IMG/VR virus record: IMGVR_UViG_2706795919_000001
Location: 1 to 64,000 of that record
Direction: 5' to 3' (one strand)
DNA: 64,000 nt
Source: a virus
Lineage: Duplodnaviria > Caudoviricetes
Of this stretch, positions 56,215 to 64,000 are shown piece by piece (within the stretch, counting starts at the first letter, position 1; every line of letters begins with the position of its first letter). A program made the position numbers and the translations under genes. Below the pieces are notes generated by a model. That model made no database searches, had not been told where the DNA came from, and saw only the letters and a list, made by a program, of their open reading frames with translations.

Positions 56215-57509
56215 GCTTCGACGCGCCGGAGAACGTTAACTACGCGGCGACCATCGTTAAGCTGCCTGAGCCTCAGGCGGTGCCGGGGCTGGACAAGCTC
56301 GTCGGTATCCCGATGTTCGGGTACCAGGCGCTAACGCAGAAGGACTCCGCTAAGGCGGGGGACCTCCGGGTGCTGTTCGTCGCGGAGACGCAGCTTGACC
56401 ATGAGTATGCGAGCGCCAACAACCTGTACCGGGAGGCGACCCTTAACGAGGACGCTACGCAGACCGGCTACCTAGAGCAGAACGCTCGGGTTAAGGCGAT
56501 CCGGCTCCGTAAGAACCAGTCCGACTGTCTGCTGATGCCGCTTGAGTCGCTGGCCTACACCGGCTACGACGTGAGCACGCTCAAGGTGGGGGACACGTTC
56601 GACAAGCTGAACGGCCACGTCATTTGCCGTAAGTACATTCCCGCTGGTCAGCGCACCGCCGGCTCGGTTGCTGGGGCGCCCAAGATTCGGCAGCGGGTTG
56701 ACCAGAAGTTGTTCCCGATGCATCTGGACACGGAGCACCTGTTCCGGAACCTCCAATGGTTCCGTAAGCCCCGCTACGTCGTCATCACGCAGAAGTTGCA
56801 TGGGACTAGCTGGCGCGGCGGGAACGTGCCTGTGCGGCGCGATAAGGGCCGTTTGGAGCGCCTTGTGAACCGGCTGGGGATCAAGACTCCGGACACGGAG
56901 TACGAGCATGTGTTCGGCTCGCGTCGGGTGGTCAAGGGCAAGAGCACCGACAACCACTACTACGAGTCCGATCTGTGGACCGACTACGGGCAGAAGCTCT
57001 TGGGGCTTATCCCTAAGAACTTCATGGTCTACGGCGAGCTAATCGGGTGGGTGGACGACCAGTCCCCGATTCAGAAGGGCTACACGTACAACCTCCTGCC
57101 GGGCACCGCTGAGCTTTACGTGTACCGGGTGGCGACGGTTAACGAGGACGGCGTTATCGCTGACCTGTCCTGGGAGGGCGTTAAGGACTTCTGCCGGTCG
57201 CTTGGGCTTAAGTGGACGCCTGAGCTTTGGGCTGGGATCGAATGCGCGCCGCAGTCGGTAGACGATGAGAGCTTCGTTTCCGGCTACCAGTTGGACTACT
57301 TGGACGTGCGGTTCACCGACAGTCCGGGTGCTGAGCATTTCAACGAGGCTCCGGTGCCGCTTAGCAACGCTAAGACGGTAGACGAGGGCATTTGCGTGCG
57401 GATTGAGGGTCAGATTCCGCGCGTGTTCAAAGCCAAGTCGCCCCTGTTCTTGGAACACGAGACTAAGGCGCTTGACAACAATGAGGTCGATTTGGAGGCC
57501 GCTGCTTAA
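56211..57509 (+). CDS. RNA ligase (Rnl2-like with N-terminal OB-like domain)
   Basis: Motif I TQKLHGTS, YGELIG, EGICVR, FKAKS. Confidence 0.88.
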   Translation: MSFDAPENVNYAATIVKLPEPQAVPGLDKLVGIPMFGYQALTQKDSAKAGDLRVLFVAETQLDHEYASANNLYREATLNEDATQTGYLEQNARVKAIRLRKNQSDCLLMPLESLAYTGYDVSTLKVGDTFDKLNGHVICRKYIPAGQRTAGSVAGAPKIRQRVDQKLFPMHLDTEHLFRNLQWFRKPRYVVITQKLHGTSWRGGNVPVRRDKGRLERLVNRLGIKTPDTEYEHVFGSRRVVKGKSTDNHYYESDLWTDYGQKLLGLIPKNFMVYGELIGWVDDQSPIQKGYTYNLLPGTAELYVYRVATVNEDGVIADLSWEGVKDFCRSLGLKWTPELWAGIECAPQSVDDESFVSGYQLDYLDVRFTDSPGAEHFNEAPVPLSNAKTVDEGICVRIEGQIPRVFKAKSPLFLEHETKALDNNEVDLEAAA

Positions 57510-58162
57510 TGACTACTGACTACAAAGAGGAAATCAAGGCTTACCGGCTGCGCGAGCTTAAGGCTAAGGCTGAGCTTGCGGAGTTGCACGCGGCTCAGGC
57601 TTCGCGCCAGGAGGCCCATTTCCTAGCGACTGATGACATGGTGCGTAAGCACTACTTCATTGGTGGCGTGGACTCTAAGAACGTGGCTGACTGCGCTCAG
57701 CACTTGGAGTTCTGGCACCGGATCGACCCGACGTGCGACATGACCATTGAGATTCACTCGGGCGGCGGCTCGGCGTTGGCGGGGATCAACCTGTTTGAGC
57801 ACCTGACCCGCTACAGCTTGCAGGGCGGCGGGACGCACAAGCTGACCATGCATGTGTGCGGCCTGGCTGCCTCTATGGCGACGGTGCTGGTGCAGGCTGC
57901 CGACGAGCGCGTCATTGGGCCGGAGTCGTGGTTCATGGTGCATGAACTGTCGGGCCAGACGGCGGGCAAGATCGGTGAGCTTGAGGACACGATGAGCTTC
58001 TACCGGCGTCTTAACGACCGTATTGGCGAAATCTATGTGGCCCGGTCGGGCGGCAAGTTGTCCCCGGAGGGCTTTAAGGCTCTGTGGACGCGGCAGGACG
58101 TGTGGCTTACGCCCACTCAGGCGCTTGACTTCGGCATGGTGGATCGGATTGGAGGCGTTTAA
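57509..58162 (+). CDS. ClpP-like protease
   Basis: IHSGGG, GLAASMA (Ser), FMVHE (His), DVWLTPTQALDFGMVD. Confidence 0.88.
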   Translation: MTTDYKEEIKAYRLRELKAKAELAELHAAQASRQEAHFLATDDMVRKHYFIGGVDSKNVADCAQHLEFWHRIDPTCDMTIEIHSGGGSALAGINLFEHLTRYSLQGGGTHKLTMHVCGLAASMATVLVQAADERVIGPESWFMVHELSGQTAGKIGELEDTMSFYRRLNDRIGEIYVARSGGKLSPEGFKALWTRQDVWLTPTQALDFGMVDRIGGV

Positions 58163-58707
58163 TGAGCTTTAAGGCTCCTACCCTGAGGGACCAGGGCGCG
58201 TACTCGGTGCAGCCGCATGAGGTCGCGTTCGCGCCTGCGGCTCCGGTGTCGCAGCCGGTGTCCAAGATCAAGGCGATTAAGGCGGCGCGCGATGCCGTCG
58301 AGCGGAACGGCTTCGGCAACCGGCTCGGCCTTAAGGACGCTAAGGACGCGGTTGAGGCCGTGTTCCAGTCCATTGAGGACCAGGGGTTCAAGCTCGTTGA
58401 CTCGCCGGTCGGTGAGGATGAGGTTGTCCTGAGCGATGCGGAGACTAAGGCGGCGCGTAAGGCGCTCGTCCAGGTCCACGCTAACGCGGACGTGAAGCTG
58501 GCGGCGGTGCTGGCGGCGATCAACACCATTCGCAACAACGATCCGGTGGGCACGCTGCGTAAGAACAGCAAGGGCCAGTACGCGTTCTCCTACGAGCCGG
58601 GTAAGTGGCTGCTGATCGACGTTGACAAGCCCGCTTACCGGGCTGAGGAATCCCCGGCGCAGAGCGCGGCCATTCAGGGTTCGTGGGCGCTGATCGCTAA
58701 GGGCTAA
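58162..58707 (+). CDS. protein with ribosomal L7/L12 C-terminal-like domain
   Basis: KIKAIKAARD...LGLKDAKDAVE. Confidence 0.7.
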   Translation: MSFKAPTLRDQGAYSVQPHEVAFAPAAPVSQPVSKIKAIKAARDAVERNGFGNRLGLKDAKDAVEAVFQSIEDQGFKLVDSPVGEDEVVLSDAETKAARKALVQVHANADVKLAAVLAAINTIRNNDPVGTLRKNSKGQYAFSYEPGKWLLIDVDKPAYRAEESPAQSAAIQGSWALIAKG

Positions 58708-58808
58708 GTGGCTGCCGTTCTTGTCGGCGCGATGGTGGGGGTGCTCTTTCTACTGATCATCCCCGCCATCGTTGTCGGCCTACTAGTGCTGATAAGGGAC
58801 TTATTCAG

Positions 58809-59039
58809 ATGAGTTACACATTGCTTGCCGGGTCGCGTGACGGCCTGGCCCTGGTGATGCATGAGGGCGGCGAGACTTACCGCTACAACCTGAACGGCAA
58901 CGTCGTCTTTTACCAGCTTGCGGACCACGCAGGGGCGTTCTGGCCCGGCGAGTCTGAGACGTGGCATTACGTCGGTAAGACGTTCGATTCCGTGCAGCAG
59001 ATGCAGGTGTGGTGGCGATACGAACGGACGGGTGTCTAA
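58809..59039 (+). CDS. hypothetical protein
   Basis: 76-aa ORF. Confidence 0.55.
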   Translation: MSYTLLAGSRDGLALVMHEGGETYRYNLNGNVVFYQLADHAGAFWPGESETWHYVGKTFDSVQQMQVWWRYERTGV

Positions 59040-59370
59040 GTGGCCTTGGCCGTCAGATACTAAGGACGACCGGTACCGGAGGATCATTGATCACTACCGG
59101 TCGGCCTTAGCTGATATCGACCTAGAGGCTTGCTTGACAGTCGATAAGAAGATGGCCGATTACGGGCAGCCGTGGGTGTCCGATAACTCCGTCGTGGACG
59201 TTAACGAAATGCTGAGCGCTCGCCAATTCGCGGAGCGGTTCGGTATCTCGGAATGGGACGTGAGGAATTGGGCTAAGCGGTACCCGGACAAGATACGCAA
59301 GCATAAGGCGGCGAATGGTCGGACCCTCTTTAGGGTGGGCGACGTACTTACGTACAACGCGACTCGCTAA
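59032..59370 (+). CDS. HTH DNA-binding protein
   Basis: WPWPSDT N-terminus; LSARQFAERFGISEWDVRNW HTH. Confidence 0.75.
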   Translation: MSKWPWPSDTKDDRYRRIIDHYRSALADIDLEACLTVDKKMADYGQPWVSDNSVVDVNEMLSARQFAERFGISEWDVRNWAKRYPDKIRKHKAANGRTLFRVGDVLTYNATR

Positions 59371-59419
59371 AGGGAACTCTTGGTCATGATTTAATTAAAG
59401 AGGGGAAAAGTGTATCTAA

Positions 59420-59827
59420 ATGTGGGCTGAGTCTCCGCTTGTGCCCGGCATTCAGGTTTCCGATCAAGGCATTGTCAAGGGTCCCCGCAAAGAGCTTTCA
59501 CAGTGGCCGGATGAGCGCGGCTGTATGCGCGTCAAGGCGGGCGGTAGGCCGTACGCGGTACATCTGCTGGTGCTGACGGCGTTCGTCGGTCCACGGCCCG
59601 ATGGGGCGTCTCCACGGTGGCTTAACGGTGACCCTACGGACAACCGGCTGGTGAATCTGACTTGGCAGCTTCCGGATGAGCCGGAAGTGCTGACGCGGAT
59701 CAATCGCTGCCGGAACGGTCACGTCTACTCACGCGAGAACACGAAGATTTGGGGATCAGGTCACCGGATTTGTTTGGACTGCGAACGCGGCCATCCCCCG
59801 GTGACACAGCTTCCGGAAGTTCTATAG
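59420..59827 (+). CDS. HNH endonuclease-like protein
   Basis: VSDQG, VHLLVLTAFVGPRP, NGDPTDNRLVNL, CRNGH...CLDC. Confidence 0.75.
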   Translation: MWAESPLVPGIQVSDQGIVKGPRKELSQWPDERGCMRVKAGGRPYAVHLLVLTAFVGPRPDGASPRWLNGDPTDNRLVNLTWQLPDEPEVLTRINRCRNGHVYSRENTKIWGSGHRICLDCERGHPPVTQLPEVL

Positions 59828-59913
59828 CGCGCACGCCCAGGCGAGGGCGGTTCTGGCTGCGCTAGCGGACGGTCATATAGCGGGCCGTCCGTTCTTTCGC
59901 GTTAGGAGGTCAG

Positions 59914-60183
59914 ATGCCAAAGCTAAGGCCGTCCGATATCGCGTGGCTAAGCATGGTCGCGGGCATTCTCGCTTACGAGTGGCGCGCGCCTGAGGGGGAG
60001 CTACTTAGCGAGGGTTGGGATCGGTACTTGCAGAACCATCCTGTAGCGGCTCGGGTGTTCCCGGTGCTGCTGATTCTGCATGTCATTAACGCGCTGCCGC
60101 AAAGGGTTGACCCATTCCATTGGGCATTCTGCGCTATGCAGGCAGCGGGGAGAAAAGCAATTGACCACGAAGGATGCAATTAA
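59914..60183 (+). CDS. hypothetical membrane protein
   Basis: GGAGG RBS; GELLSEGWDRY...H...DPF. Confidence 0.65.
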   Translation: MPKLRPSDIAWLSMVAGILAYEWRAPEGELLSEGWDRYLQNHPVAARVFPVLLILHVINALPQRVDPFHWAFCAMQAAGRKAIDHEGCN

Positions 60184-60502
60184 CCCGTCGCACTACAAAG
60201 ACGGTTGGTCGAATGGCGCTGAGGTCATCGACATTACCGAGAATCTGAACTTCAACCGTGGCAATGCGGTCAAATACATTGCACGCGCTGGGGCTAAGGA
60301 CCCGGATAAGACTATTGAGGACCTTGAAAAGGCTCAGTGGTACTTGCAGCGCGAGCTTAAGCGCCTTAAGCGCGATGCCGATAAGCCTAAGCCTCAGGTC
60401 GTCGATACGACGATCCGGATTAATGGCGGGCCAATCGCGGGGCGGCTTATGAACGAGGACTACTACAAGTCGCTCGCAAAGATGCCAAGGGGGTTTGCGT
60501 GA
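60161..60502 (+). CDS. DUF3310-family protein
   Basis: INPSHY, FNRGNAVKYIARAG.K, EDLEKAQWYL. Confidence 0.85.
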   Translation: MTTKDAINPSHYKDGWSNGAEVIDITENLNFNRGNAVKYIARAGAKDPDKTIEDLEKAQWYLQRELKRLKRDADKPKPQVVDTTIRINGGPIAGRLMNEDYYKSLAKMPRGFA

Positions 60503-61281
60503 GCGCTAAGGTTCTGGTCCTAGACATTGAGACGCAGCGAGCGATCGTTGAGACGTTCTCCCTGTTCAGGCCGTTTATCGGCATTGACCGGGTGATTAAG
60601 CCGACGCGCGTCCTTTGCTTCGCCGCTAAGTGGCGGGATCAGGACAAGGTGATCTTCAAGTCCGCGTGGGACGACGACGACGAGGACGCCTACCTCCGCA
60701 TGATGCAGTCCGCTTGGGACCTGCTTAACGAGGCTGACGTTGTGGTCACTTGGAATGGTGACCGGTTCGACGTGCAGTGGTTTGAGGCTGAGTTCCTGCG
60801 CCTGGGCCTGGGTCGCCCGATGCCGTACAAGTCCGTGGACCTGATTAAGACGGTTAAGCGCTGGTTCAAGGGTGGGCTTATGTCCATGAAGCTGGACTGG
60901 TCCTCGCGCATCGTCCTTAAGGACCGCAAGGTGCATCACGGCGGCGCTGATCTGTGGCATGACATTCGTTGGGGGACCCGCGCTGAGAAGCGGGCCGCGC
61001 AGAAGCTAATGCGTGAGTACAACGAGCATGACGTGGTTCTGACGGGTCGCCTGTTTGAGCATCACTTGCCGTACCTGACGAACTTGAACCTGGCTCTATA
61101 CGAGCAGAACGAGGACGGCGAATTGCACTGCACTAAGTGCAACAGCACGAACCTAAAGAAAGACGGAGTGAAGGCTTACGTCACTAGCGCGGGTGTCTAT
61201 CAGATGCACCGCTGCAATGACTGCAATGCCACGTCGCGCGGTAAGCGTGTTCGCTCCACTACGGAATTGAGGCCGGTGTGA
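60499..61281 (+). CDS. DnaQ/RNase H-like 3'-5' exonuclease
   Basis: LDIET, TWNGDRFD, YNEHDV; C-terminal Zn ribbon. Confidence 0.88.
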   Translation: MSAKVLVLDIETQRAIVETFSLFRPFIGIDRVIKPTRVLCFAAKWRDQDKVIFKSAWDDDDEDAYLRMMQSAWDLLNEADVVVTWNGDRFDVQWFEAEFLRLGLGRPMPYKSVDLIKTVKRWFKGGLMSMKLDWSSRIVLKDRKVHHGGADLWHDIRWGTRAEKRAAQKLMREYNEHDVVLTGRLFEHHLPYLTNLNLALYEQNEDGELHCTKCNSTNLKKDGVKAYVTSAGVYQMHRCNDCNATSRGKRVRSTTELRPV

Positions 61282-61478
61282 CCGCAGTTACCGACCCTGC
61301 CGATTTCAATTGGCCGGATGGTGACCATGCGGGTTGCAGGGTTATGTCGCTGACGCCTGGTGGGCCGTGGGAGTGCGTGGGAATGCACTGCGCTTACTGC
61401 GGTAAGCCATGTGGCGCTCAGGGGCATATGAAGTGCTTTGAGGAGAATAGACATGAAGCCGGTAGCGCAGCCGAATAA
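61278..61478 (+). CDS. small Cys-rich protein
   Basis: GTGA overlap; CVGMHCAYCGKPC. Confidence 0.55.
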   Translation: MTAVTDPADFNWPDGDHAGCRVMSLTPGGPWECVGMHCAYCGKPCGAQGHMKCFEENRHEAGSAAE

Positions 61479-61716
61479 GCATTACCAAGTGATGCTGGCG
61501 AGCTTGCTTACCAACAAGCGGGGGACGCTTGCGAACAACGTCTCCGCTTTCAACATGGACCTGGCGGCTAAGCGGTGGATTAAGTGAGTAAGGCCGCTGC
61601 GAGTCGTCGCCAGGAGCTACGGCGGTCGAACGCAGCGGTCCCTCACCGTAACCGGTATCGGGAGGCTAAGAGCGGAAAGGGTCAGCATGGGCAGGCCGTA
61701 GCAGAGGGGGTCGCTG

Positions 61717-62136
61717 ATGCCTGGGAATCTTCGCAAGAAGAGTGGGGCTGGCAAGACTGAGCGTGATTACCTCCGGGCGCGTCGGCGCGTCCTAAGGCAG
61801 TCGCAAATCTGCGCCTATCCTCCGTGCCGTAAGGCTATCGACCTGAAACTAAAGCCGATCTGTCAGTTCGTGGACACGTCATTGTTCACGGTTGAGACGG
61901 CGCACCTAATCCCGCTGACTTGTGGGGACGAATGTCGGGAAGCTAAGCACGCACGCAAGGCTAATCCGTATAGCGCGTCCGCTAACCACAAAATCCCGGT
62001 GTCGCAGTTGCCTCCGGATTCCGACATGCTCGCTTCTGCTAAGAACCTTGAACCTATGCACCTTAAGTGCAACCAGGAGCTTGGGGACGGCGACATAAAG
62101 CCTAGAAATAAGACTTCTAGAGATTGGTTCGCATAA
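61717..62136 (+). CDS. HNH endonuclease
   Basis: ICAYPPC, NHKIPVS, NLEPMHLKCN. Confidence 0.8.
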   Translation: MPGNLRKKSGAGKTERDYLRARRRVLRQSQICAYPPCRKAIDLKLKPICQFVDTSLFTVETAHLIPLTCGDECREAKHARKANPYSASANHKIPVSQLPPDSDMLASAKNLEPMHLKCNQELGDGDIKPRNKTSRDWFA

Positions 62137-62363
62137 TGTCTGAATACGATCCCGATAACGGCGAGGACGACGGCAATCTGCTGGTCGCTGAGCTTAGGAT
62201 CATTCAATACATCGACGCTGACGGTCAGCTAAACACTGTCGATTTCTCGCAAGGCGCTGGCGGCGTCGAGCTTGAGGAAAACGATTACGCGAAGCTGCTG
62301 GACTGGGCGCGGGCGTTTGTGCTTGCTCCTAAGGTGGCGGCGATTCTCGCTGGTAATGACTGA
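62136..62363 (+). CDS. hypothetical protein
   Basis: TAATG coupling. Confidence 0.55.
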   Translation: MSEYDPDNGEDDGNLLVAELRIIQYIDADGQLNTVDFSQGAGGVELEENDYAKLLDWARAFVLAPKVAAILAGND

Positions 62364-62449
62364 GGTCTATAAGTCCGACGTTGAGTGCCGGTGCCTTAGC
62401 TGTGACGACATGATCCGGCTAGGTGATGAAGTGCAGGAACTATCGGGAG

Positions 62450-62716
62450 AGCTATTCCATGCCGAGTGCATATGACCCTTGGGGACCGCTGCCGTCGCCC
62501 GCTGAGTGCGAGCGCGCGCTTAGGTTCCTGGGGTGGGCTTACGAGTCGTGCTTTGAGACTGCCGAGAGCTTGTACCGGCGTGAGTATGGCGATCTGCCGT
62601 GCTTCGCGGTGGACGCTCCGGACGGTGGGCACCTGGGCGCGATGCACTTTCTTAAGCGGGCTGTGTCCCTGCTAGAGGTTCAACGAGAGGTACGCCAGAG
62701 TGGGCAAGCCAGGTGA
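62450..62716 (+). CDS. hypothetical protein
   Basis: ORF in operon; start approximate. Confidence 0.4.
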   Translation, partial: SYSMPSAYDPWGPLPSPAECERALRFLGWAYESCFETAESLYRREYGDLPCFAVDAPDGGHLGAMHFLKRAVSLLEVQREVRQSGQAR

Positions 62717-62857
62717 TGTATCCCCGGAGGTTGCGTCGGCGGTGAGTTTCGATGTGGTGGGCAGTGCGATTGAGTACGCCCGTAAGCATCACCCCGATAT
62801 GGTCGAGCAGCTTGAGGCTACGCGGCTGATTCACGCTAAGAGGCTGGTTGAACTAAC

Positions 62858-62929
62858 GCCACCTTAGCTCAGGGGTAGAGCAGCGCCTTCGTAACGCGCA
62901 GGTCAACGGTTCGATTCCGTTAGGTGGCT
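62858..62929 (+). tRNA. tRNA-Thr(CGT)
   Basis: GCCACCT/AGGTGGC acceptor; loop TT-CGT-AA; TTCGATT T loop. Confidence 0.88.
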
Positions 62930-62953
62930 CTGTAAACAAACTATTGAGAGGAA

Positions 62954-63145
62954 ATGATGGACCCGGTACTAGTTGAGAAGGAACGGCGCGGCGCTGTGCA
63001 GGAGCTTCGGGACCGTAACGCTTGGCCTAAGGCTGAGCCGGTTGAACCAGAGGCAGAGGTTGAGAAGCCTAAGCGCGGTCGCCCCGCTAAGCAGGACGCG
63101 CCGGAGCCTGAGCCTGAGGGCATTGAGGTCGCGGTCAGCGAATAA
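62954..63145 (+). CDS. hypothetical protein
   Basis: GAGGA RBS; KRGRP AT-hook-like motif. Confidence 0.6.
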   Translation: MMDPVLVEKERRGAVQELRDRNAWPKAEPVEPEAEVEKPKRGRPAKQDAPEPEPEGIEVAVSE

Positions 63146-63269
63146 GGAATTACCGCGTGTCGTCCGCGTAGGGACTGCTAGCCCGGACTGGCACGCATTT
63201 TAACTGGGAGCCGTAGTCCCCCGTTCAAATTGCTAGCAGAAGCCCATACGCGTTAGGGCAACTACGCAT

Positions 63270-63343
63270 CTGGTTGTAGCGCAGCTTGGTAGCGCGCCTG
63301 ATTTGGATTCAGGGGGTCGGAGGTTCAAATCCTTCCAGCCAGA
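63270..63343 (+). tRNA. tRNA-Pro(TGG)
   Basis: CTGGTTG/CAGCCAG; CCTGA-TTTGGAT-TCAGG; TTCAAAT. Confidence 0.9.
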
Positions 63344-63344
63344 C

Positions 63345-63518
63345 ATGATTGAGCTTGATAAAGAGTCCACTTACCGTGACCGCTTAGGCCGGAAGTGGGA
63401 GTGGTCAGACCTTAATGGCTGGGTAGTTAATCGAATGGCTACCTTCGGCGGGTTCTGGCCGGATGATGAGTTTGCGCCGTTCACGGTTATTGATCCGTGT
63501 CCGACGTGCCATAGGTAA
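63345..63518 (+). CDS. hypothetical protein
   Basis: YRDRLGRKW...FAPF pattern seen in small phage proteins. Confidence 0.5.
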   Translation: MIELDKESTYRDRLGRKWEWSDLNGWVVNRMATFGGFWPDDEFAPFTVIDPCPTCHR

Positions 63519-63682
63519 GGCGCACGCTAGCCTCACGGTTAGTGGCCTTCGGTTATGTCCCTACCGACTGAAAGGGATCGTTGCAGAACTTTCGTATAAC
63601 TGTCGTCCTGCCGGGGGTTGCGTAACACTGACCTATACCCGGTCGCTGTATGGCTCCACGGTGTTATGCAAACGGGCCTCTT

Positions 63683-63756
63683 GCGCTAGCTACCCCTGTT
63701 GGCGGGGTGCCTGCCTTCCAAGCAGGATCACGCGGGTTCGATTCCTGTCTAGTGCT
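63683..63756 (+). tRNA. tRNA-Gly(TCC)
   Basis: GCGCTAG/CTAGTGC; CCTGC-CTTCCAA-GCAGG; TTCGATT. Confidence 0.85.
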
Positions 63757-63761
63757 CTCTT

Positions 63762-63834
63762 AGCTCGGTAGCTCAACTGGTAGAGCAGTGGTCTCCAAAG
63801 CCACCGGTTGCAGGTTCGACTCCTGTCCGGGTTG
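63762..63834 (+). tRNA. tRNA-Trp(CCA)
   Basis: AGCTCGG/CCGGGTT; GTGGT-CTCCAAA-GCCAC; TTCGACT. Confidence 0.9.
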
Positions 63835-63835
63835 C

Positions 63836-63909
63836 GGTTCCGTAGGCAAACTGGCAAAGCCGTCTGACTTAGAATCAGGTGTTTGGGAGTTCGACTCTCC
63901 CCGGAACTA
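63836..63909 (+). tRNA. tRNA-Leu(TAG)
   Basis: GGTTCCG/CGGAACT; TCTGA-CTTAGAA-TCAGG; short variable loop. Confidence 0.85.
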
Positions 63910-63984
63910 CGCTAAGTAGCTTAATGGTAAAGCCCCCGGTTGTGGTCCGGGCGATCACGGTTCAACTCCGTGCTTAAGCCACCA
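63910..63984 (+). tRNA. tRNA-His(GTG)
   Basis: CCCGG-TTGTGGT-CCGGG; CACGG-TTCAACT-CCGTG; encoded CCA; irregular acceptor stem. Confidence 0.8.
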
Positions 63985-64000
63985 ACTTAGAGGGGAATGT

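Overview
This window is most of a temperate siphovirus genome, probably starting at or near its left end. Gene content and order resemble cluster L mycobacteriophages (judged from general knowledge, not a search). It contains: virion structure and assembly genes (~0.5-24.6 kb); a lysis cassette (24.7-28.6 kb); a leftward cassette with a nucleotidyltransferase and an Lsr2-like gene; attP, a tyrosine integrase, repressor, Cro and excisionase (31.4-35 kb); and a rightward early region. The early region has recombination/replication genes, an NAD+-regeneration pair (PRPP-synthetase-like + NAMPT-like), RNA repair genes (PNK/phosphatase, RNA ligase), ClpP-like, WhiB and HNH genes, and six tRNAs. The most striking feature is a DUF2828/Ro-like vWA gene followed directly by three tandem structured RNA units that share the frame GTGGAC-N4/5-ACAGCAA...GTCCAG. 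The middle unit holds a circularly permuted, anticodon-less tRNA (YrlA-like). The two short flanking units each present a 7-nt anticodon-like loop. Other unexplained features are several structured intergenic regions, a +1 tail-chaperone frameshift, an apparent ATC start codon, distal operator copies and two repeated intergenic motifs.
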